DNA of 64,000 nt from Patellaria atrata CBS 101060 (GCA_010093705.1 MU006105.1:411960-475959); one strand, 5' to 3'; counted from the first letter of the stretch, positions 1-10,692 are shown. The notes: generated from the sequence alone by a model not told the origin. Numbers and translations: made by a program.

Positions 1-676
1 TCGTGACTTGATCCATAATTATATGAAAGATAGTCCTAAGTTTTCGCAAGTAAATATGACACTCGAGGGAGAGTTCTAAAGGGCGACATCATAGCAAGGT
101 ACAAAACCCGCAGTTTTCCTCCGATGAGGTAGAATGACATGCTCGGCAAAGTCTAAACCACATCCAGCCACCGAGTGCTAGTTTCCTAAATGAAGTTTCT
201 TAGTAATAGTTCTAACGGGAAGGAGCGGGCGCTCGTTAACGAGCAGACCCAGGAAAAAAAAGTTACCATATCAAAACAACTGACTTCAAGAAAATCAACT
301 TGACCAAGTGGAAATAATGAAGCGCGGAAATAACGAATCTGAAATCTGTGGTCCCACTTCTGATGTAAACGGATAGAATTATCATTGCAAGGAGTTAAAA
401 CTGGAAGCCCCTGAATTTGTTTGGCGTGGCTATGACACTTTCCTACAGCTTCAATCGTTTCTGAGTTATGGGACGATAATCCTCAATACTTCAGGATCTC
501 TCATTTTGTAAAATGTTTCGAGCGTATCGCATATACCATTCTACCGTGACTAACATATACAGTGTCAAATCTTAAGTCTATGGGAGTCAAAATAAGCTCT
601 TTATGTGAAGAACTACCAATGGATCTTATCTAATCTTTCCTTGTTTGATCTAGCTAGTTAGGCCAGTTGTGGCCAA

Positions 677-755
677 CAATACGTATCGATAAGGTATTAG
701 TATTCTCGGTATTTCATCAGTATTGTATCGAATACTGTAATACCTTAAAAATACT
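677..755. repeat. Left subterminal cluster of GTATT/AATAC pentamers of the hAT element
   Basis: About 8 copies in both orientations just inside the left TIR. hAT elements are known to carry short subterminal transposase-binding repeats. Confidence 0.7.
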
Positions 756-1063
756 CTTGGCATTCAAGGCTTTTCGATATTTTTTAGAACTTATCTAAAT
801 TATTCATACTTTTTTGAAGAATTTCATTGAGATAAAGATGCCTTCGTACGAAGCCATTACATGGCTATGAGTAATATGTACAGCTGTTCTAATGTGGAAG
901 GCACGAGGGCGTGCCTGCCTTCCCACCTGCCTACCTACCCACCTGCTAGTTTACATAAATATCTCTTCTTCTCTTTTGTTCTCCTCCTCGACCTCTGATT
1001 TAGCAACTCGAAGTGTAAGTGCTCAGCTCAAATCTATCGTACGAAGGCTAATCAGACTACAGC

Positions 1064-2052
1064 ATGGCAGATATGTAAGTACTTAATCATGGAAAAGTAG
1101 CTAAAGTCAAGAATAACATTAAAAAAACTCTTTTGTACAGAGAAGGGGAAAGAAGTACTCTTCCAATACTTACATAGTACACAAATTTCAACAGCTAACT
1201 GGCTGCTACATAAAAGAGAAATCAATGAAGAAGAACAAGAAATATTCTAAAAATGATAGCATACAGGGGAAAAACTAGATCGACATATAATGCAGGGAAT
1301 TGAAGAGCAAAGGATATAGTGGAGTTGGTTCAGTTTTTCTAATGCTTGGATTAGACTGCAAAGTTTGAACAACTGGGGAGCTTCAATCCTCAGACACTCT
1401 CACTAGACATATTATTACCCTAGAATAGGGATTTATGTAGATAGAAGAGTAGCGACATAGCCCAAGAGGCTGCATGCGCAGTATTGTAGATAATGCAATA
1501 CAATGGATTAAAAAAAAAAAAAAAAAGCAAGTAGTTCTCTACAACCCAGCGATCGCGCTTGCCGCTCAGGCAAACCGCAACCCAGTGCTACTCATAGCAC
1601 AGCAGCAACTGGCTCCGTGGTACCATAGCCCGCAGAGTAGAGCACTTCTGGCTGTCGGCGGGGGTGTTGATGTTGAGTTCGTACGGGGCTCCATCACGCC
1701 TCAGCAGATTGGATCTCATAGGCAGTCATATGTCAATGGGATCCTCATCCAGTCTCGTGGAGGTGATATTGATCCTTGTACGGCTTGTCGTACGAGAGGT
1801 TTTCGTCCCTTCCTTAGTTGTCGCCGCGCTGAGGTGCACTTTGGCGGAGCATGCGCCAACTGTAAATGGTGTGACCATGCAGCGCGCCGTTCCGTACGAG
1901 CTGGTGGACTAGATAAGCCTGCTTATGGAGACAGGCTGCTTGGACCTAGTCCAAGGGATGACAGAGCTGACGGTAGCGCCCCTGAGAATGCTATCACGCT
2001 GGGAGATGATGAGGAAGGGGCTACTCCCCAAAATGTTATAATCATTGTCTGA
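1064..2052 (+). pseudogene. DUF3716-like Cys-rich protein gene carried inside the hAT element, interrupted by a LINE fragment
   Basis: Removing 1082-1526 and one TSD copy restores ATG GCA GAT ATG CAA GTA GTT CTC TAC (MADMQVVLYNPAIAL...). The motif QSRG..DPCTAC..RPFLSC...FGGACANCKW resembles DUF3716. A probable 5'UTR intron (1015-1062, GTAAGT...GCTAAT...TACAG) ends 1 nt before the ATG. Confidence 0.7.
1082..1526 (+). mobile_element. 5'-truncated non-LTR retrotransposon (LINE-like) 3' end
   Basis: Ends in an A17 tail (1510-1526). Flanked by near-identical 7-bp repeats GTAAGTA (1075-1081) and GCAAGTA (1527-1533). Removing it restores the host reading frame. Confidence 0.7.
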
Positions 2053-2480
2053 GCAAAGCTTCGTACAAAGTTTTCTTTGGCGTTCTGATGTTCTGGCGTT
2101 CTGGTGTTCTGCTTTGCATAGCTATACAGGGCTGCTGGTAGCACTCAGACGTGATCTGTACCTTTATGTGGTGTCTAAGATCAGTAGCCATTAGGCGAAA
2201 CTAAGTAGATCATACGAATCTTTTAGTAAAACATCTGGTCTTGCCCAATGTTTGAGACATTCGGTATGTTCTAGCTCTCTTGAACTTAAGCGTGATCTTT
2301 CCCATGATACCGTACGACGAGCTGCTGAAAATACTCGTTCTGGTTCATCACTCATAGCTGGAATTGGGAGGATCTCAACTGCAAGTATAGATAGCCGTGG
2401 AAACCGAGCTCTTTGAGTATCAGTTAACCACCATTTAATAGGTGAAACGTCCCCAATATCGTACGGTTCTTGGTTAATAT

Positions 2481-2643
2481 TGTGAGCGGCCTCTAGTAAT
2501 TGTGTTCCAACTATCTAGTCCAGATGCTATCTACAATCAAGATGAAGGAGAAGTGAAGAGTCTGAGGGCAGGTTTGAGGGAAATATTACTGGCTGATCTT
2601 CGGATGTAGGGCATCCCATACCACTAGGCTCTAGCCTGGTACA
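2481..2643 (-). mobile_element. Solo LTR, family A (163 bp), nested in the hAT transposase
   Basis: TG...CA termini with 5-bp TSD AATAT (2476-2480, 2644-2648). Excision rejoins DEFEDYI/NQEPYD. An inverted copy lies at 15329-15492. The strand is given relative to that copy. Confidence 0.9.
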
Positions 2644-3361
2644 AATATAGTCTTCAAACTCATCACCACTCAAGGAAGTCTTATTAGACCACTCAATTTG
2701 ATTAAGAACACGTTCAAAATCAGTCATATTCTCAGATAGAGTCCTCTTTTCTTCGTACGACGCTGGTAATGGTACTAAATAGGTTTTATTCCAATCTTCC
2801 CAGTATAATTTAGCAAGCTTAATCATCTGCTCGGCTTTCCCTCTTTCTTTCTTCCAACCTTCCTTAATAATCTTCGTACGATAGTAAGGAGTAAAGATTG
2901 TCGCAAGAATATGGTAAGGTGAGGAAAGAAGTATAGAATAATACTTCTCGAAAAGCTGTAAAGCTTTATAAAGTTGAGGTCAAAAATCCTTCTTATAGGT
3001 ACGTTCATACTTTCCCCAAAGAATATTAAAGCCAAGCATCGTACGAAGTATCATATTAAATGATAGAGAATGGCCTTGATTTAGAAGCGTTGCCTCATGA
3101 AAGGGGCGAAGAATTAAATGGATCGTACGAAGCTTTTCCCAATCTTTATATGAAAGACAATCTTCTTTAAGATCACTATACTATCTCTTAATATATGAAT
3201 CGATTTCTTCTTCTTTACTTAGTGCAACATCTATCATAATATACCAGCTATTCCATCTCGTACGATTATTAAGTGGAATCATTCTCTCTGCTCTTGTAGT
3301 AAAGTCTTTTAAGTGACGTGTAGAGCTTCGAATATGAACCACAATATTATGAAGCTTTCCA

Positions 3362-3534
3362 TGTCACGGGTTAGACACGATAGGTATAAGTGCCTTGGAT
3401 GATCCAGCGGCTTAGTCATACTGTACTTTAGTAGAACAGTATATGCTGTCTCAACACTTTCTTTCCTTAAGTTTAAGCTTCATGCATATGTAGCAATATA
3501 CCTTTCAGCTTCCATCTAAGGTTGAGCCTTGACA
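3362..3534. mobile_element. Solo LTR, family B (173 bp), nested in the hAT transposase
   Basis: TGTCA...TGACA termini with 5-bp TSD TTCCA (3357-3361) / TTCTA (3535-3539). Excision restores RTVGSLGKLHNIVVHIR. Confidence 0.85.
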
Positions 3535-4712
3535 TTCTAAGTGACCCTACCGTACGAAAGGTTGACTGTCTCTGTTTTCTTAAGTCGGCTTGTCTTATCT
3601 CATAGTCCTCTGTTGATACTTCATGTGTAAGACTATTTAGCCCTTGAGATTCAGTTTATTCTTCAGCGTCGTACATCTCAATCAAGTCTAAATCTATCGT
3701 CCCAGCAAAGAGAAAGGTTTGTACAATCAAGTTGATAATATGGCCTATACATCGGATTCTTTGAGATGAATGGTTCCATACTAGATCTTACTCACTTGAA
3801 GATATTGACTAAGCAGCTGGCAAAGCTTATCATTCGTGGAAGCATTATCACCAATAATAGTACCAAGCCTTCGTACGATACCATAGTCTTGAAGAACTGG
3901 AAGGAGTACTTCAAGTTGTTCACTAGATGAATAGTTTCCTACTTCTTTAAGACCAAGTAATACTCTTTGAGGTACCTCTTCCGTACGATCAATATAATGC
4001 GCGACAATACTAAGGAGAAGTATCCGATTTGGGGAAGTCTAGATATCAAGTGAGATATGGATATTTGCAGGCGCAGATTGAAGTTACTTTCGTACGAGAT
4101 CTTTTTGGGAAGAGAAAAAAGCCGTTATTCTTTTTGAAATTGTTGAGTGTGAAGGTGGAATAAAGCTCGTTGACTGCGGGTTAAGAACTAGGCAAAATGC
4201 ACGAAACTCAGGCCATTCGACTATACGGAAGGGGAGTCTTCGTACGGTAATTAATTGAGATATTGCTTTATCAATAATATCTTGATTAAGAATCTTTTGT
4301 AACACGAGCTGATCTGGCTCATTCAATCCAGTATGCTCGCTTGACCGGTAAAAATCTAATAGTCTTTGGAAAGTGTCTTCCCCTATCTTCGTACGAGGCT
4401 CGTCTAGAGATATATTATGTATGTTAAGAAGATGCTTCTTGAAGTTTGTACTAATTATTGTACTATACGAACACTCGTATTTACACTCACAGATAGGCTT
4501 ATTTTGATTGTTTCGTGGGGGGTCTCCGGGGGTTTGTATACGCGTATGTTTCCAAAGAAGGGATCTTATTGGTCGTACGGCGGAAGATGATGGTTCTGAG
4601 GTAAAACTTATTATTGAATCAATTTCAAAAGCCATTATTGAGGAGTAGAGACCACTTTATCGTATATACGAAGAGTAAAATTTTGAATTGTGGGTTTAAT
4701 AATATTAAGCGA

Positions 4713-4793
4713 AGTATTATTAGGGTATTATTAAGGTATTTATCGATATCGATCCAATACAATACTAATCGGTATTTGATACTATTTAATACT
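4713..4793. repeat. Right subterminal cluster of GTATT/AATAC pentamers of the hAT element
   Basis: About 7 copies in both orientations just inside the right TIR, mirroring the left cluster. Confidence 0.7.
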
Positions 4794-4956
4794 GGAATTT
4801 TATTGGCCACACTGAGTTAGGCGCTACTGTTGATGCACAGACCATCTAAGTTGTCACCTTGAACCTTCACATCTCGACATTCACGAAACGCGCACTTTTT
4901 GCAGACTTGTGCTATTTGTTTACCCCACCAAATCTCGTATATTATAGCTTTTCGTC

Positions 4957-6590
4957 ATGGCCGCTGCAGTTTCTCCCTCAAACTCACCACGCCTTCCTAG
5001 CCCTCCACCAATGGCTGAAGATCAACTAGGCCCTAAGTCTCCAATGGCTGTGTCTACCGAAGAACATAATAAGCTACTGGGCGGTCCTCTCAATATCGAT
5101 GCTGGAGCTTCAAGAAGAATACGACCAGGCACAAAATCAGCGGACATATGCGAAGGCCCACCTCTGGTTGATATGGTAGAGGTAAGAAGAAACATCATCC
5201 CCTTCTCAACCAGAAAACGCTAATCCATCACTCATAGATCGAATCAGCATTTCAACTCTCCGAACATATTAAAGCCGTGCATGAGACTATTACACACCCC
5301 TCTTCCTCAGATAACACCGTTCCTGTCGATCGCGCAAGCGCGATACGCCTAGCCCACGCGCCAGATGGAGTAAACAAGAGCTTGTGGTTATATGAATTGT
5401 GTAGGTTTCTGACACAGAAAGCGAATATCATGGTGACTGCTCTATTTTCGGATGATCCACCATGTTCTGCACAGACCTGCTCTGAGATGCGCGCTTCGGA
5501 ATGGCAATACCTCTGCGCTGTCCACGATCCTCCAAAATCATGCTGTGCTATTGATTACTGCTGTCACACTCTCGATTGGGCCGCTCAAATCCTCACATCT
5601 GCGAAATCTTTTCCCAGTAGATTAGCGTTAGGTGGAGATTACAATACGGTAAATATGCAAGTTCGACACATCACGAATATCTTCAGGCGCGTATATCGCA
5701 TATTCGCACATGCATGGTTCCAGCATCGTGAGGTTTTCTGGAAAGTAGAGAATAGAACTGGACTCTATGTCTTATTCAAGAGCGTATGTGATGCTTACCA
5801 GCTCATTCCTGAGGATAACTACACGATCCCTCCTGAAGCTGAGGGAATCGAGGTTCCATCTGAGGAAGACCAGGTTCCAGTGATCCCGAAGAGCGAGCAA
5901 GAACCACAAATTGAACATGGAAAACCTGAACTGACACCTGCTGGCAATGACATTGTTGTCTCTGGACATACAACTAAGAGGCATAGGCACACTCCCTCCA
6001 GTAGTAACGTTGTTGCAACAGTTATCGAGGAAAACGAGGAAGAAGAACATGAAGAGAAGCGACCAGCAGCACAAACAGTGCAGACATCGGTACATGTTTC
6101 AGAATCCACGCTTCCCGATTCAGAGGTATTATCAGACACACAAGAAGCCAGTGAGCGTTCACAGTCTTATCCGAAGGAAGAATCAAAATCTCCAGAAATT
6201 GAGCTTGAAACTAGTGAAGTACCCACTGAGAACATAGAAGATAGGTCTACTGCAATTGAGGAAAGTACTCAAATTGAACCACTCAAGGAAGAAGCGCCTG
6301 AGGTCAAAGCTGATTCTGGCGAAGACTCTGCGGTCAATCTCGAGTTAGAACCCAATGCAGAAAAAGAATCGACCTCTACCGTTTCCCTAGAAGCTGCTTC
6401 CGAGTCTACGGTCAAAGAGAATACTGGAGACTCAGAGCCGAAGGTAGACGATTCGACCGTAGAGCAAAAGACCTCAGAGGAACCAAAGGAGACATCTGTA
6501 AAGGAAACAGCTGAAAAGAAAGAACATATTATGACTCCTGACGCTAGCGCCACAAGTACTGAAGAAGCTAGCAAGACAGTAACTGACTGA
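4957..6590 (+). CDS. MOB3: Mob1/phocein family protein (STRIPAK subunit MOB3)
   Basis: Exons 4957-5181 and 5238-6590, intron GTAAGA...CTAAT...CATAG. Phocein motifs WLYELCRF, YLCAVH, CCAIDYCCHTLD, FPSR, IFRRVYRIFAHAWFQHR, then a long acidic tail. Confidence 0.92.
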
Positions 6591-6944
6591 GGACTTAACG
6601 GATGAGGAACCTCAAGCGGAAACATACTTCACTCCTTACCTTGTTCACTCGTCATCAAACGACAATACCCACCTTGTTCACATTGTATAATATAAACTGA
6701 TTGGCAGATGTTAGAAAGAACGGCGTAGCGTAGCATTGGGGTAAAGGGTACCATGATTGTACTGTACTTTTATTGGAATGCGATGAATTGTGTAGCGAAT
6801 GAAGATTCATTGTCGCGATTTGCATTCTTCTGTCGCTGCATTTTTGCTGTACATATAGTGCTATTAACAAAAATGTCTTTTTAATCCTTCAGACATTTGT
6901 ACAGGCCAACCGAATTTTCGTTAATGATGTCGTAAAGTACACGA

Positions 6945-8398
6945 CCACCAGGGGGTCGCAGAATTCGTGGGACACCGAAGATAAGCCGTAACGGCCAAAA
7001 CAATCAACAAAACAGATAATATTACTATCTATTTCACCATTTCGCACCTCTAATGGGTCCTCCACCTGATTTTACTAGTATTCTACATCTCCAGGGCATC
7101 TGTGTAATACGTTCACGAATTTCCTCTATTGTTATCTTGCTCCACTCCTCCTGGATCACCCTTTTAAGCTCCATTGTATTATTCCAGTCTCTCTTTCCAA
7201 CCCTCTCTTGAAGAATAAGCCAAACACCTTCAATTGGATTGAGATCTGGAGACTGAGCAGGGTGGGTGAGGTTTTTGATGTTGTTCTCGTCTCTAACGCG
7301 TTGAGCAAGGCCGTGCTTGCGGAGGCCGTGCGATGGGTCTCCATCTTCAACTAAGAAGTAGTTTCCAGGAGATCTCTGGCACCTATAATTAATAGCCTCT
7401 ATGAAAGTAGGTAGAATATGCTTCACGTAGTACTCCTGTGTCATTGAGTTGCCTTTTGGAATGAATTCCACGTCCCTAGGCTTTGATGCCTCCCACTCCT
7501 CAACACGCTTGGAATACCGATCTTGAGACTCGTATTTTGACTTCCGTGGCTTTGGTGGAGGCTTAGGCTTATCGACTTTAGGTGGTAGCTCTTTATAGAA
7601 CGTTAACTTAGGGCATTTCTCATACCAATTGATCCAGCCAGAGATATGGATTGTAACGCCTTTAAGTTCCTTCCTCTCTTCTATATTCTCCGGATCTAAA
7701 CGTGTGCCTTGCTCACGGAGTATATTCCCTCGCTTCTGATAGTCCGGATCAAAGTGTATTTCGTCCGTAAAGTAGATATATTGCCAAAAAGACACAACTG
7801 TTTCGTCTTGATATTTTTTCCCGTATTTTTCTCGATCCTTACGGTTTTTATCAGAGATTTCCTTCTTAATATACGCCTGCTTATAGCGCCGAGCGTGATT
7901 TGTATCCTAGCTAAGGCACGTTGAGCTGTAGAAACGGACGCGTTGATTTTATGGTACTCGAGCTGATAATCTAACTTCCTCTTTCGTACGGAATTTTCCC
8001 GCGGATTTACTAGCATTTTACACTGTTCTTCAGCGATAATTTCCTTCCGGCCTAGCCGTGTTGATAATTTACGAGTCCGTCTAAAGCTTGGAGAGCCCAT
8101 TATATCACGTTGTTGTAGCCAGCGAGAGGCTGTAGATTTGGAGACTTCAGTACGGCTGGCAACAGAGCGAAGAGATTCGTTGACATCTTTAGTGTCAAAT
8201 GCATTGAAGAAACGAGATTTTTGAGGGGTACCATACTCAGAATGACTCTTCCGCCCATCAAGCAGCAAATCGTGCCTTTTAGAGCGTGTTAATGGCGCCA
8301 TATTCACTTGTCTTATGATGTTTACAGAGCACGAGATTCTTTGTTTACACGATCCGGCTTATCTTCGGTGTCCCACGAATTCTGCGACCCCCTTGTGG
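6945..8398 (-). mobile_element. Tc1/mariner-superfamily DNA transposon
   Basis: 44-bp TIRs at 6945-6988 and 8355-8398 with 1 mismatch. TA follows the right end, but the left flank reads GA. Encloses a DDE transposase. Confidence 0.93.
7034..8301 (-). pseudogene. Tc1-like DDE transposase (D-D37-E) with one frameshift near 7900-7915
   Basis: N-terminal HTH (SLRSVASRTEVSKSTASRW). Catalytic motifs YFTDE, VEDGDPSH and SPDLNPIE. Two overlapping ORFs are joined by a frame change. Confidence 0.88.
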
Positions 8399-8815
8399 TA
8401 GATATTTCTTCATCTCTTTCTCCCCACAACTCACAACACCAGAGGGTAATTATTAAGCATCTTGCATCTACTGTACTGCCACATCTGATTGTACAACTTC
8501 CGCAGTCGTCTACTAGCGAATAGCTTCACATTATTCATTATTCATGCAATTTTAGTCCAATGTTTCAGACCGTGCACCGCCACCATCTAATTATACTGTA
8601 AATAACCCGAACGACGGGATAGCTTGAATTCTTTCATCATCCTACTATGGCCCCCATCGAGTAAAGACGTTGCTAGCCAAGATGTTGGAGAGGCTCGTAC
8701 CCTGACGGATTAATCTTTAATCGTTTCATAAAAGTAGAACCTTTCCCCCGGTTTTCGAAATGTGACCTTTACGACGTACTGCGCTACGGCGCGAATACGT
8801 ATAGTACAATACGAT

Positions 8816-10692
8816 ATGGACATAGGACCAAGTCAAGTCACGGATCTTATTGTGATAAAGGTATGGGTCATGCTGAATTCGTCTTTGCAGAAATTAGAGT
8901 AAAACTGATTGTGTCCAGGGCGCGAAGTTCTTTTATGAAACAAATGGAACGCAATTGTTCGTCCCCGTCCCTTAGAAGCTTGAATAGCCTTTACTAACGC
9001 GTCCTCAAAAGCTTCATCAAGGGCACAGCTTATCAACCTGATAGCAGCACTTCTTACGTTGACCCCCTCTCCGATCCCGCTGGATGTACACGCGACATAC
9101 CTTACTTCCAAGAACTTGGGCTAAACACCATTCGAGTCTATGCTGTCAAATCAGAAGAGAACCACGATGACTGTATGACTGCTTTGCAAGAGGCTGGCAT
9201 ATACGTGCTGGTTGACCTTACCAATCCTACTAGTTCAATCAATCGTGTAGACCCCGAATGGGACGATAATCTCTATACTACTTACACGGATGTTATTGAT
9301 GCTTTTGCTCTTTATAACAATCTCCTTGGTTTTATTGTTGCCAATGAAGTGGTTACAGACTACACCACAACACCCGCAGCAGCGTACATTCGGGCTGCTA
9401 TTAGAGATATGAAGGCGTATATTTCAGCAAAGAATTACCGGCCTATCCCCATCGGTGTTACCAACAATGACGATCTCCAGATAAAGGAAAGGTACGCTAA
9501 CTACCTGGCTTGCGATATCACCAGCGAAGCAAATTCTGCCATCGATTTCTTGGGGACCAACCTTTACAGCTGGTGTGGAGACTCTGATTTCATCAGCTCA
9601 GGATATAGTCAACAAAGGACGCAGTTTGAGAATTATCCATTCCCTTGGTTCTTGTCCGAATACGGCTGTAACGCGGTTCGTCCCCGTTCATTTTCAGAGG
9701 TGCAGGCCATCTATGATGAGATGAGTGATGTGCTCAATGGTGGCATTGTATATCAGTACTTTCAGTCCAATGATTACGGTCGGAAGCCAGTTTGAATTCC
9801 ATAGATATTCACCTGCTAATTCATATATGCAGGTCTAATCGAACTCAACGACGGTGATACTCACAGCGTCGAGACCTTGGACGATTTCGACGCCTTCTCT
9901 AGTCAAATAGCAAGAGCAACATCTCCGAGTAGCGTCAATTCAGAAGAATACACCCCCGGCGTACGAACCATAGGGTGCCCAACAACAGACGCGAACTGGA
10001 GCGCCGGAACTCGTCTCCCCACACCCCCACCCATCGCTCTTCGCGCATTATCTTCAGCTTCCAAATCAAATATAACACGAACGACACGAACAAGATCAGA
10101 AGTAACAGCATCAAGCACGTCCACAATTGCCAACGCAAGAGCAACACCCGCGAACGGCCTTGGAATTTCTGACGATTCAGGGAAGATAGGCACTGAGGAG
10201 CTCTCTCTAGCCGCCAAAATTGCAATCGGAATCGTTGTTCCCCTCGTCGTCGTCGGACTACTATTCTTCCTCTACCGCCAACTCAAACGGCGCAAAATCC
10301 GTATCAAAGCTGGCAAACAAGCAATGATGCCGCCCACCACCGACCAGTTTCCAACGACAATGGCGCATATGCCCCCTACTTCCTCCATGCAAGCCCAGTA
10401 TCAATACCCACCAGGTTGCCAGCCGGTTCCTGAGGCCAATTCACAGCCATTAAGTGAAGCACCTGCAATGAGAGATCCGGTGGAGGCACATTCGACGCCG
10501 CTGCATGAGGCTTCTGCGGTGAGAAGTCCTGTGATGGCGCCTTCGACACCAGTAGTTCCGCCAGCTTCGGCCCAGAATCGTGAGACGCAAACTGGAATGG
10601 AAGATATAAGAAGCGAAATGGTAAGGATAAAGAACGAGAGGACGAGGTTAGAACGTCTAGTAGAGTTAAATGCACCGATTGCGAGAGAATAG
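8816..10692 (+). CDS. GH72 (Gas/Gel) beta-1,3-glucanosyltransferase-like protein with a C-terminal transmembrane helix and long tail
   Basis: Exons 8816-8860, 8919-8956, 9012-9778, 9833-10692. Motifs FIKGTAYQ, LGLNTIRVY, AGIYVLVDL, ANEV (acid/base Glu), LSEYGC (nucleophile Glu), GGIVYQYF. TM IAIGIVVPLVVVGLLFFLY followed by RQLKRRK. Start codon uncertain; no signal peptide visible. Confidence 0.85.

Larger units (their letters stand above)
2191..4635 (-). pseudogene. hAT transposase, inactivated by premature stops and two solo-LTR insertions
   Basis: N-terminal BED-like finger (LWKH...CECKYEC...KKHLLNIH), LPFRIVEWPEF, HISLDI*TSPN (TGG>TAG), GKLHNIVVHIR, RTRWNSWY, and the hATC dimerisation motif IPAMSDEPERVFS...ECLKHW. 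Stop TAA at 2191-2193. Confidence 0.93.
664..4814 (-). mobile_element. Full-length hAT-superfamily DNA transposon (inactivated) carrying a transposase and a second gene
   Basis: Perfect 8-bp target-site duplication AGTTAGGC at 656-663 and 4815-4822. Imperfect terminal inverted repeats: CAGTTGTGGCCAACAA (from 664) versus the reverse complement of the right end, CAGTGTGGCCAATAA (ending 4814). hAT transposase motifs lie inside. Confidence 0.95.

Noticed and set aside
1474..1526. N-terminus MRSIVDNAIQWIKKKKKK of ORF 1474-2052 as a real start with an NLS
   Set aside because: It is the LINE 3' end and poly(A) tail read in frame by chance; the native ATG is at 1064.
2527..2826. ORFs 2527-2826 and 15250-15471 as genes
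   Set aside because: The first is a transposase fragment running into LTR sequence; the second is mostly LTR read-through.
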